Source: Candidatus Atabeyarchaeum deiterrae (lineage in GTDB: Archaea > Asgardarchaeota > Atabeyarchaeia > Atabeyarchaeales > Atabeyarchaeaceae). Taken from it: DNA of 64,000 nucleotides. Shown here piece after piece: positions 31,693 to 39,795 of the stretch. Each line of letters begins with the position of its first letter. Positions within the stretch are counted from its first letter, which is position 1. The notes beneath the pieces were generated by a model. It was given only the letters and a program-made list of their open reading frames with translations, had not been told where the DNA came from and did not search any database. A program made the translations under genes and the position numbers. The DNA is taken from NCBI GenBank assembly GCA_037310415.1, contig CP147780.1, forward strand, positions 1,984,001 to 2,048,000, given 5' to 3'.

Positions 31693-32823
31693 ATGGGGCG
31701 CGGTGTAATCGTCGTTGTGTTCATACTTGTCTTGGCTGCTGGTGGTATGTTCGTAAGCAACTACAAGGGTGAAGCTACGGCTACGGTGTCTGCAAGTGGT
31801 AGTGTTGTGAATGGCAATGAGGAACTTGGTTTCACGTTGTCCGGAGATCAAACGTGGCTCGCTTGTTGGGCTTTCGGTGCAAAGTGGCTCGTGAACGGTC
31901 AAGAGCGTCTTACTGCTGGATACTCGTATTCGTTGGATGTCAGCGGTCAGAACTTGGTTCAGGGTAGTGTTGTTGAGACGGTGACATTCAAAGCTGCTAA
32001 GAGTGGCGTTGAAAGTACTAGGTGGGCTTCGACTGGCCGGGGTGATCCTGGGCGGTATATGGATGCAAAAGTTGACCAAGTGTCTGACATTGCGACGGCG
32101 TTATCTTTCAGCGCGACGAATGGAACGGTGAGCTTAGTAGTATTTCAGGTGCGCGTTGATGTGTCTGCGCGTGGAAAAACTTCGGGTTCCACGTTGACGG
32201 CTTCAAGTGGCTGGTTGACTTTCACCGGTAATCAAGTGTCATACATGGCGTATACTACGAAACTCGGTGCACTCTATTATCCTTCAAGTGTATCAGCGGT
32301 CTATCCTTCAGGTGGTGGTAGTGGAACTCTCGCAAATGTGCAAAGCGACGACGGGACTTACTACTCTGTAGCTCTCGGCGATGTTGACACGTATACAATT
32401 GTGCAGATGGGTTACACGGGGCTTCCAACTCCTTCAACTCAATATCCATACTTCCGCGTCGAGATTGAAGTCAAGGCAAACTTACATAGTATCAATGGTG
32501 TGCAGTTGCGAGTGATGAGTGGTGAAACGATCTTAGCGAGTTGGGATCATGGTTCCATAGGTGTCGGTGGTACGTGGATAGGAACTTTCGGGGATAATGC
32601 GTATTCTGGGAGCTATGTAAGCGGTGGTGCTATGACTCTGCGGGTGTATGCAGGGAGTCAGCAGTTTGCCGGTAACGCGGCTTACGACTACATGAGAATC
32701 AGAATCATAGAAGCGGTGTCTTGGCTTGATACTTTGATGAGCTCTGCGTCCGCGAAGGTGCTCGTAATGCTTGCTATCGTTGCGTTGGTCGTCCTGTTGT
32801 TTGTAAGGAGGCGTAAGGCGTGA
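31693..32823 (+). CDS. viral membrane-anchored protein (putative receptor-binding/spike)
   Basis: N-terminal hydrophobic segment, Ser/Gly/Thr-rich beta ectodomain, C-terminal TM plus RRRK; start set at ATG 31693. Confidence 0.7.
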   Translation: MGRGVIVVVFILVLAAGGMFVSNYKGEATATVSASGSVVNGNEELGFTLSGDQTWLACWAFGAKWLVNGQERLTAGYSYSLDVSGQNLVQGSVVETVTFKAAKSGVESTRWASTGRGDPGRYMDAKVDQVSDIATALSFSATNGTVSLVVFQVRVDVSARGKTSGSTLTASSGWLTFTGNQVSYMAYTTKLGALYYPSSVSAVYPSGGGSGTLANVQSDDGTYYSVALGDVDTYTIVQMGYTGLPTPSTQYPYFRVEIEVKANLHSINGVQLRVMSGETILASWDHGSIGVGGTWIGTFGDNAYSGSYVSGGAMTLRVYAGSQQFAGNAAYDYMRIRIIEAVSWLDTLMSSASAKVLVMLAIVALVVLLFVRRRKA

Positions 32824-33104
32824 AGCGAATAGACTTGTATCTGCTGGTCATGTGGCTGCTCATGAATCTCGCTGTCTACGTTCTCTGGTTTTACGTTCCC
32901 TATTCTCCTGCTGATCCTGGGGGTTCGGGTGGCTCGTCGGGAGGTTCATCAGGTGGCTCGTCGGGTGGATCTTCGGGTGGTGGCAGCGGGGGATTCTTCG
33001 GCTTCAAATATGTCTCTTGGTCTGGTCTGCTTGGGTTTGGCGTTGGATTGTCTCTTGTTGCGTTCATAGTGGGGGTGTTCGTATGGGCATTGATGCGGCG
33101 TTAA
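32820..33104 (+). CDS. two-TM viral protein with a Gly/Ser linker
   Basis: TM-PGGSGGSSGGSSGGSSGGGSGG-TM; GTGA overlap with the previous gene. Confidence 0.7.
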   Translation: MKRIDLYLLVMWLLMNLAVYVLWFYVPYSPADPGGSGGSSGGSSGGSSGGSSGGGSGGFFGFKYVSWSGLLGFGVGLSLVAFIVGVFVWALMRR

Positions 33105-33292
33105 TCATGGCAGTCATGGGTATAGTCGGTGGACTGAGCTTGATCTTCAAGTGGCGGCTTGTCATGCGGGTAATAAAGTGGGTCGTAATCTTGTTCGTTG
33201 CTGGCTTCGTTGTCTCGATGGTTCCACAAGTTCACGATGCACTTGTCAACTTCTATACGGGAATCTTCGGCGGGTTACTGGGAGGCGTATAA
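33083..33292 (+). CDS. small two-helix hydrophobic viral protein (coat-protein candidate)
   Basis: 69 aa from ATG 33083; two hydrophobic helices separated by KWRLVMRVIKW. Confidence 0.6.
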   Translation: MGIDAALIMAVMGIVGGLSLIFKWRLVMRVIKWVVILFVAGFVVSMVPQVHDALVNFYTGIFGGLLGGV

Positions 33293-33295
33293 CTA

Positions 33296-34030
33296 TTGGA
33301 CTACATTCAAGTTGTGTTGCTGGTCAACATAGCTTTCATTGCAGTCGTGTTCCTTGGACGAAAAGTTATTCATCGAAAAAGCAAAGGCGGGACTTCCAGG
33401 GAGCTTCCTGGGACTTCCAAGGTGAAGCGTTCGTTGAAGCGTGCAATATCTAAGAACTTAGGCGTCTTGTTTCTCTGCGTTATCTTGGGCTTCGTTGTCT
33501 TGATAGCCATTCCTCCATCGACATCTGCGGATAAACCACATGACTACGTTGGTGGGAGTCCGATCTATCCTTACGCATGCGTAGGTGGCTCTGCTTCTGG
33601 TGTTCATCCTAACACGGCGGCGGCTGTCGGAAGTCTGTCTTACGTTCAAGAGATAGATGGGCAAGGTTTCAGTATTCGCAGTATCGGCTATGGTCATGTG
33701 CGGTTCAAGTTCAACGTGACGGGAGTCTCCGTTACGGATGACACGTATATTCTTGTGCGCTTGAAGCTGACTCAGAGAGATCAGGGGTCTTACATTGTAA
33801 CTTGGAGTGATTGGAGTGGTGTTGACTTGTCTATTAGTGGTGCTGTGTATTGGCATGGTAGCCCGGACGGTGTGTATACGACTGTGAAAATCTCGGCATT
33901 CAGTCAATTCGTTGCAAACAATGAAGTGATACTCGACTTCGAGGGACTCAACGTTTGGGGTGGTATACTACTTGGCTTAGTTGGGTTATACTGGACTGTT
34001 TCATTCGATCAGATCGTGTTGATGGGGTGA
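33296..34030 (+). CDS. viral membrane protein with beta-rich domain
   Basis: Two N-terminal hydrophobic segments flanking a basic loop, followed by a beta-rich region. Confidence 0.65.
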   Translation: MDYIQVVLLVNIAFIAVVFLGRKVIHRKSKGGTSRELPGTSKVKRSLKRAISKNLGVLFLCVILGFVVLIAIPPSTSADKPHDYVGGSPIYPYACVGGSASGVHPNTAAAVGSLSYVQEIDGQGFSIRSIGYGHVRFKFNVTGVSVTDDTYILVRLKLTQRDQGSYIVTWSDWSGVDLSISGAVYWHGSPDGVYTTVKISAFSQFVANNEVILDFEGLNVWGGILLGLVGLYWTVSFDQIVLMG

Positions 34031-34034
34031 TCTT

Positions 34035-34493
34035 GTGGTAGTATGGCTAATCATTGCTCTGCTGGCTGGTCTGGGTGCGATGTTCGCTATACCGTCGTTC
34101 CTGGGACAGATAGGGGGCGGAATAGGAACGGGTATTATTGTGATAGCTCAGGGCATCGTTTACGTCATGACGCTTGCGATGATTCCAATCATGGTTCTCG
34201 GGCCAATCTACATAATGAGTCGGAGTAAGAAAATAAAACAGAGTTACTATGTCATCGGTGTCATCTACGGGCTTATCTTGCTCTTTGCTGCGACGACATT
34301 CGGATTCTTGACTACTGCAATAAATGGACTCAGCCGGATAACGGGGTCTTGGTGGGACACTTCGGTAAACGCGGTGTTCGTTGTTCTTCTGATGGTATTC
34401 GAGGGTATCGCTTTGTGCTTGATGGACTTTGAGATCATAAACTACGTGAGACGACAACGCTTTAGGCGACGACAGCACTCTTGGAGGTTCTAA
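34035..34493 (+). CDS. viral polytopic membrane protein
   Basis: About four TM segments, basic tail RRQRFRRRQH. Confidence 0.65.
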   Translation: MVVWLIIALLAGLGAMFAIPSFLGQIGGGIGTGIIVIAQGIVYVMTLAMIPIMVLGPIYIMSRSKKIKQSYYVIGVIYGLILLFAATTFGFLTTAINGLSRITGSWWDTSVNAVFVVLLMVFEGIALCLMDFEIINYVRRQRFRRRQHSWRF

Positions 34494-34497
34494 CATC

Positions 34498-35046
34498 GTG
34501 GTGCGCAAGGGTGACCTGTTCTATCCTCTTTTTTCCGTGATTGCCGTATCCTGCGGGGCATACGTGATGTTGCAGGGTAGTTCATCTGCTGCTGCTGTCA
34601 TGGTGTTGTTCATCGTCTGTGCAGTGACTATGCCTTTCATGCGCCGATTTGTCAAAGATAGGCGTGTAGGTTGCGCTGGTCGCTATGATAACTGGTATCT
34701 GGCTCTTACTGCGGTTCCGATTGCTTTGAGGTTTGGCATGTTTGGCTTGACGTTAAGTTGGGCCGAAGACTTTACAGGGTTCACGATGCTTATTGTCGTC
34801 GCTTGGAGTGAGGAAACTTTTAGGGCTGGCGTTGCTGGTGCACTTATGAAAGCAGGCTTAGGGCTCGGCACGAGTATAGTTGTTGCTAACGGTCCTTGGC
34901 TGGTGTTGCACTTTGCGTTACGGGCATTCGTTCTATCATACGCTTGGTGGCTGCTGGTCGCCGGGGCATGCCTTAGCGCGATCCTGTGGAAGTGTGGAGT
35001 AGGAAAAGCGGTGTTGGGACACATCGTAGTAAACTTGACTGCATAA
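34498..35046 (+). CDS. CPBP (Abi/CAAX) intramembrane metalloprotease
   Basis: EETFR (EExxR), WLVLH, GHIVVN (HxxxN) motifs in a polytopic protein. Confidence 0.75.
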   Translation: MVRKGDLFYPLFSVIAVSCGAYVMLQGSSSAAAVMVLFIVCAVTMPFMRRFVKDRRVGCAGRYDNWYLALTAVPIALRFGMFGLTLSWAEDFTGFTMLIVVAWSEETFRAGVAGALMKAGLGLGTSIVVANGPWLVLHFALRAFVLSYAWWLLVAGACLSAILWKCGVGKAVLGHIVVNLTA

Positions 35047-35056
35047 GTGGGCCACT

Positions 35057-35092
35057 CGTGTATACATACGGGTGGTCCTGAAATGTATACAC
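35057..35092 (+). promoter_or_regulatory. bipartite TGTATACA operator-like site
   Basis: CGTGTATACATA-N11-GAAATGTATACAC upstream of gene 35118; the same architecture recurs inverted at 37384-37419. Confidence 0.65.
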
Positions 35093-35117
35093 ACACGTCA
35101 GAGAGGTAAGAGGAAAC

Positions 35118-35771
35118 ATGAAATTCTATCAGGGAGTGTCGGTTATTGGAATTGTGGCCGGACTAATCGGGCTGATTGGCTTCGTAGCTCTGCCTTCGGC
35201 GGTTGATGCTGTTGTGATAGTGATGGCCGGCTTGATTGGAATAGATGTCGGGCTGGCCGTGATGTATCACTTCCTGCCAAAACATGAGGCTTGGAAGATC
35301 AGTATCGACTTGGAGAAAAAACTCGTAAGTCCTGAATTATGTTTGGTTAAAGAGCAGGCGATAGACGATAGGACCAGGGTGTTTCGGGCGAAGGACGGGA
35401 CGCCTGTGTATGTTCTCGACAAGAGTGGTGCGTTGACTAATGTGCATAGAGTCGGTGAACTGGAATACTTAGCTGACGTTGGGGTGATGGGGGACATCAT
35501 CAAGTCAAACGAGAAACTTGTCGTTCGTTCGATGTCCTTGGAAAAATACGCTGGAGTCTATGCTCGGTTGTGTGCCTCGAGGGTTGCCGACTTCGTAGTT
35601 AGCAACTTGAGGCCTGCGGAGAGTTCCGACAATATTCGCGGTATGCTAAAAGGGTTTGAAGGAAAACTAACAGAGGTGTTCGAGGGTGTCCGACGAGAGC
35701 TTGGAGAGGGAGAATCAGATACAGCGAAGGGTGGTAAACAAAATACTTCCCAGAAAGTTTCTAAGTCCTGA
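35118..35771 (+). CDS. viral two-TM protein with soluble C-terminal domain
   Basis: Two N-terminal TM helices, charged helical C-terminus, GAGG-type RBS. Confidence 0.65.
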   Translation: MKFYQGVSVIGIVAGLIGLIGFVALPSAVDAVVIVMAGLIGIDVGLAVMYHFLPKHEAWKISIDLEKKLVSPELCLVKEQAIDDRTRVFRAKDGTPVYVLDKSGALTNVHRVGELEYLADVGVMGDIIKSNEKLVVRSMSLEKYAGVYARLCASRVADFVVSNLRPAESSDNIRGMLKGFEGKLTEVFEGVRRELGEGESDTAKGGKQNTSQKVSKS

Positions 35772-35772
35772 G

Positions 35773-35964
35773 ATGCCGTTGATCGATGACTTGATTGATG
35801 GCGCGAAGGAGGAAACTAAAGCGGTGGTATATGAGGCTGTAGGCTTCAACTTCATGATCCGTAATCCTGGTGATGCCTGGAGGGCTATATCGTGTCTTGG
35901 TTCAGAACAGAGGCGGACTTGGTCGCAACAGTTAGAGAGCTTAAGGAAACGCGCCAAACAGTAA
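35773..35964 (+). CDS. small viral protein, or frameshifted N-terminus of the ATPase
   Basis: ATG 2 bp after the previous stop; overlaps the ATPase frame. Confidence 0.45.
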   Translation: MPLIDDLIDGAKEETKAVVYEAVGFNFMIRNPGDAWRAISCLGSEQRRTWSQQLESLRKRAKQ

Positions 35965-36461
35965 ACTGCTCTGTTACTGGTCCAAGGGGCTTCTATAAGA
36001 CTCTTGCGTTGCAGACTATATACTACCATGTTAAAGACAAATTCTCTGCTTGTATGTGTTACACTTTGCTGGATCTTCCTCAAGAGCCTGTGGACGTTCT
36101 CTTGTTGGACGATTTCTCTAGTAAGTTCTATAAGAGGCGGTTCGGGACCGTTCCTAACATTGAGTTCATGACTGCACTTAATGAAGTGCGTGAGCTGACG
36201 GCCATGATTGTAACAACTTGCCCGGATCACGGAGACCTGGACTTGGATATGCGGGGTTTCTTCCAGGATAACAGCATGCTGTTTGTTGGTTGCTTCGAGC
36301 TTGATGATTCGATATACATATTAAGTCCGGCGCCAATAGAGTTCTATGAATCTGAGAAGAAGCGTGAGGTTGAAGCAAAGAGGCGGTTGTGGCGTGAGCG
36401 CGTTGAGAGAATTAAAGCGGTTGCAGTCGCAAAAGACCGAGGCTTTAGTGAAAGAACCTGA
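35892..36461 (+). CDS. viral P-loop ATPase (Zot/pI-like morphogenesis ATPase candidate)
   Basis: Walker A variant GPRGFYKT, Walker B VLLLDD, then R..TAMIVTT.P....LD..MR. Confidence 0.7.
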   Translation: MSWFRTEADLVATVRELKETRQTVNCSVTGPRGFYKTLALQTIYYHVKDKFSACMCYTLLDLPQEPVDVLLLDDFSSKFYKRRFGTVPNIEFMTALNEVRELTAMIVTTCPDHGDLDLDMRGFFQDNSMLFVGCFELDDSIYILSPAPIEFYESEKKREVEAKRRLWRERVERIKAVAVAKDRGFSERT

Positions 36462-36981
36462 TTGTTACAACTTGGGCTTGTATGATGGTGACAAGACTGT
36501 ATGCTACTGCATCTGCGTCTGGCGGTTCGCCTGCTATACTAAGTCATTTGGTCAAACTCAATTCACTAAGAAGCAGGAGCAAGCCGTCGACGGAGCCATG
36601 AAGTAGATTGGTTTCACAAATTGATGGTTTCCACAAGTGGCTACTTTTGGGTGCAAAGAGTAGGGGCAAATAGGTTCAATATGGTATCTTGTAGCGTGTT
36701 TTAGGTCTGGGATCCCTGGACCCTGGACGTCTGCAGCTGTGCAGGGTGGCCATATATATCTGCTGTGTTTCGTTGGAATCCGTAGTATTCTAATATCGCT
36801 TGTAGACAAGTGTTTGAAAATCGTTTGTTTATGCGGTTCTCTACGTTTCTGACGTCGAAGGGCTGACTGTTTAGTGTGGTTTCCTGTGAGGGTGCTAAAA
36901 TCACGTCCGATGTCAAATAAGTCGTTTTCGTGATAAAAAATAGGAGTTAGTGATTTTGAGTAGTGTCTGATAGGGGTTCAT

Positions 36982-37272
36982 CTAAGTAGTCCTTGGCTTC
37001 TTCGTAACGTCTAAGTTTGGTAGGATCATAGTGTGGTCCCTGCATGCGCAGAAGATTCCGACGTTATTCCAGGTCGCTTTTTGCTTATTCCGGAATATCC
37101 GGGACTTCTCTGGGTATTCGTAGGTGACTGTCCTGGTGTATGCTGTTCGTCTTGTTGCTGGGCTTGGAGGGTATCCGTGTGCCTTGATACATTCCTTGCA
37201 TGCTTGCGGTAAGTCCTTGAGTCTTGGGTCTTTCTCATCTTTGATGTAAATGTATTTGCTTTCATTTGTCAA
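36982..37272 (-). CDS. viral Cys-rich (zinc-binding) protein
   Basis: CKEC...CAC..H; followed by a T-tract on the minus strand. Confidence 0.55.
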   Translation of the reverse strand: MTNESKYIYIKDEKDPRLKDLPQACKECIKAHGYPPSPATRRTAYTRTVTYEYPEKSRIFRNKQKATWNNVGIFCACRDHTMILPNLDVTKKPRTT

Positions 37273-37300
37273 GCTTGACAGCCTTCTTGTGAGCTGGTTA

Positions 37301-37469
37301 TGTATACATGGCGACGTCTGCGCATATAGCCTTTTCTCCGTCTCTTGAGACTAGTCGTGGTGTATACATTATTGGATCTCGGAGTGTATACATTTCGGGT
37401 CCTGCTTTATGTATACACGCACGGCCATGGCGTTAGACTTAACTCTCCGATGGACTAGTAGTGTATACA
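37301..37469. repeat. cluster of five TGTATACA palindromes in a divergent intergenic region
   Basis: Copies start at 37301, 37361, 37385, 37410 and 37462. Confidence 0.8.
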
Positions 37470-37502
37470 TTTACGGTCCGAAAGTATAGGAGGTGGATCT
37501 TT

Positions 37503-37643
37503 GTGAGTTTGGAAAAACAAGTAGAGCAGCTCAGCAGGAGGCTACGGTGGCTGACGGCTGTCCTTGTTGTTGACACGGCCGGTATCGTTATCCTGCTCTT
37601 TATGATGGCCAACACACTTGCTTGGCTCATGAAGTTGGTATAA
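37503..37643 (+). CDS. small single-TM viral protein
   Basis: GTG start after AGGAGGTG RBS; 46 aa with a C-terminal hydrophobic helix. Confidence 0.55.
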   Translation: MSLEKQVEQLSRRLRWLTAVLVVDTAGIVILLFMMANTLAWLMKLV

Positions 37644-37677
37644 AACGTGTGTGCTGACTTGCATAGTATCCTTTATT

Positions 37678-37819
37678 GCGGTCGGCGGTATCCTATGACG
37701 GATTTCGTGGAAATTGGGGGACCACCCGCTGCGCGGCGGGTGGTGGAGTCGTCCAATTTTCACTTTGTCCGCCGACCGCCGTATCAGAGGGGGTCTTATG
37801 ACCCCCGCCGTGAGGCGGG
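37678..37819. other. hairpin-rich non-coding region (putative replication origin or packaging signal)
   Basis: Nested inverted repeats GCGGTCGGCGG/CCGCCGACCGC and ACCACCCGC/GCGGGTGGT, plus GGGGGTC-TTAT-GACCCCC and CCCGCC-GTGA-GGCGGG, next to the end of rep. Confidence 0.6.
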
Positions 37820-37898
37820 ATTAATAGATCGTCACTATGAATGACTGTAAAATGGTTACATCTAGCACCTTGCTTTCTTGTGGAAAAAAAGGAGGGTG

Positions 37899-38906
37899 TT
37901 ATGTGGGTTCTTCTTCGGTTGGCTCTTGTAAAATGAGTCTTGAAATCTCTTGTAGGTAGTAAGTTGGTGCGTATTTGCCTTTGTGGACTTTCTTAAGGAG
38001 TTTGCGTCGAACGAGACTTCTTGTCAGGTTTTGGAGACTTTTCGTCGCTTTCCATGATGTAGCTTCTAATAAGCCCTTGAGAACGGCCTGATCGAGTTTC
38101 AAAAATGCTGCCCATGCTGCGAGGCGTTCGTCAAAGCGTAAACTGTGCGTTGCCATGGTGGGGAACCACGGAATATTGAATCGTTCTAGGACACGGTTAG
38201 CTATTGCTATCGTCGTCCTTATATCGTCTATGTCGTTAGAAAGGTCGCTTGCGTCTCGTCCATTGAGTGTTATCTCTTGCCTTAAGATGGATGGGTTCTT
38301 TTGGTAGAATTTGATTTGGGATTTCCCTTGTCCCCATGCGTTAAGGTAGAATGTGCCTGTCTCGTTGTGAAACTTCATGAAAGATCTTGCGGTAGCCATG
38401 AATAGGAGAGGCTGGTAGACGTCGCAAACAGTCGCGTTGATTTTCTCGCCGACTACTTCGAGCTGGTGTATGTTGACTATTGTATGTGGTGGTTTCTCCT
38501 TGAACACCTTTTCATAAGCTTTCTCATAGTGGGTCTGTGCTACTGCTATTGTCCGTTTCAGGAGTTCGTGAAATTCAAGGGGGGTAAACTGTGTGTTGAC
38601 AGGGCAAACATTATCGTCGAAACTGGCGTCCGGTGGCATCAAGCTATGTTCCTCCATAAAGAGGCGCATGAGGTTGGCCCATACATACATAGTCCTGCTT
38701 TGTAGGCCGAGGACCTCCTTTAGCGTGTTGTGGTCGTTGTCATTTGTCCAGCCCCATTCTAAGCCCCACTCGTTACCAGGTTTAATCCTGACGGCTCTGT
38801 GCTTGTAGAGGTTGTACGCTTCTCGGTCGAACTCGAACTTGCCGTGTTCTTCGACACTTATAGAGAAATAGACCTTGTCATAGCCAAATCTGACGTCTGC
38901 GCTCAT
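37899..38906 (-). CDS. putative rolling-circle replication initiator (Rep_trans/gpII-like) with C-terminal wHTH
   Basis: GYDKVYFS, IHQLEV, GTFYL...IKFYQK...LRQEITL (Y-x-K...R-x-E); ATG 38906 overlaps the HNH stop (ATGA). Confidence 0.65.
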   Translation of the reverse strand: MSADVRFGYDKVYFSISVEEHGKFEFDREAYNLYKHRAVRIKPGNEWGLEWGWTNDNDHNTLKEVLGLQSRTMYVWANLMRLFMEEHSLMPPDASFDDNVCPVNTQFTPLEFHELLKRTIAVAQTHYEKAYEKVFKEKPPHTIVNIHQLEVVGEKINATVCDVYQPLLFMATARSFMKFHNETGTFYLNAWGQGKSQIKFYQKNPSILRQEITLNGRDASDLSNDIDDIRTTIAIANRVLERFNIPWFPTMATHSLRFDERLAAWAAFLKLDQAVLKGLLEATSWKATKSLQNLTRSLVRRKLLKKVHKGKYAPTYYLQEISRLILQEPTEEEPT

Positions 38907-39184
38907 GATATGTTGTGTGCCTCCTTGTGGTGTTTGATGCATAGGAGTTTGTAGCTGTCGGGGTTGTTCCGGATATCGTAATAGCGTTCCTTTCTACCTC
39001 TACCTGCTCGGTGGTTGTGCTTGGGGATACCGAGGACATTCGTCTCTGCGATATGGTGAAACTCGAGCTGTCGTTTCGATGTGCAACGCTGGAAGTTGTC
39101 GAGGATCTTCTCGCACCGTCCGCCTCTTGCCATCCGTAGCTCCTTCATCTTGCCCTTAATCCACTCGTTGGTCTTGTTTGTCAT
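38903..39184 (-). CDS. HNH endonuclease-like protein
   Basis: GGRCE...C...LEFHH...LLCIKHHKEAH. Confidence 0.7.
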   Translation of the reverse strand: MTNKTNEWIKGKMKELRMARGGRCEKILDNFQRCTSKRQLEFHHIAETNVLGIPKHNHRAGRGRKERYYDIRNNPDSYKLLCIKHHKEAHNIS

Positions 39185-39305
39185 CGTAATTCTGCTCCCA
39201 TGGGTTGTTTGTCGGTAGTCTTGGACGAGGTCGTTTTCGCTTGGGGAAAGGTGTTCCCCAGACCTGTCTCCAGAGTGCATCTATTTCGTCTTCCTTGTTC
39301 GTCAT
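39156..39305 (-). CDS. small viral hypothetical protein
   Basis: 49 aa from ATG 39305, GGAGGG RBS, ATGA coupling. Confidence 0.45.
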   Translation of the reverse strand: MTNKEDEIDALWRQVWGTPFPKRKRPRPRLPTNNPWEQNYDDKQDQRVD

Positions 39306-39478
39306 AGTTTCCCTCCCTCTAGGGGGATACCTCTGATTCTCCTGGGTGCGAACTCGTAGCAATGTGGGATCTCTGATATGTTGACGCCTGGGGGTCCGTC
39401 TCTGGTGCAAATAAAGAGGGTTACGCCGGCAAAGCGTCTCTCGAAGGATTCGCAGTGTCGGCAAAATTCTTCTCTCAT
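39302..39478 (-). CDS. small Cys-rich viral protein (not in the ORF track)
   Basis: Translated by hand: MREEFCRHCESF...C...C, 58 aa, ATGA overlaps at both ends. Confidence 0.6.
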   Translation of the reverse strand: MREEFCRHCESFERRFAGVTLFICTRDGPPGVNISEIPHCYEFAPRRIRGIPLEGGKL

Positions 39479-39684
39479 CGCGGTATCACCTTGAGCATGG
39501 CGATGAGCTTCGGTAGTTTTCTAAGGGCTTCTCTGTCTACTGGTATGTATTCGAGCTGTGCGGCTAGGTGAGAAAATAGGGATCTCCAGTTGTCGAAAGT
39601 CTTTTTGCAGACGCATTGTATTAAGAGGTACGGCTTAGTGCTTGGTTTGGCGTTTGATCTTCTCTTGCTCTCTGTTGTATTCAT
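39475..39684 (-). CDS. viral C2H2-like zinc-finger protein
   Basis: QCVCKKTFDNWRSLFSH; start uncertain. Confidence 0.5.
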   Translation of the reverse strand: MNTTESKRRSNAKPSTKPYLLIQCVCKKTFDNWRSLFSHLAAQLEYIPVDREALRKLPKLIAMLKVIPR

Positions 39685-39795
39685 CTCTTGTATCACAGAT
39701 GTCGGTATATGGACTTGCGCAGTAGGCTGAACCATCGAGTCTACACACCCCCGTTGCCTGTCGGTACCACTCACATAGGTCGTCTTTGGCTTTGG

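Noticed and set aside
37301-37469. TGTATACA cluster as a mini-CRISPR array
   Set aside because: Repeats are only 8-12 bp, spacing is irregular (24-60 bp) and there are no cas genes. No CRISPR array was seen anywhere in the window.
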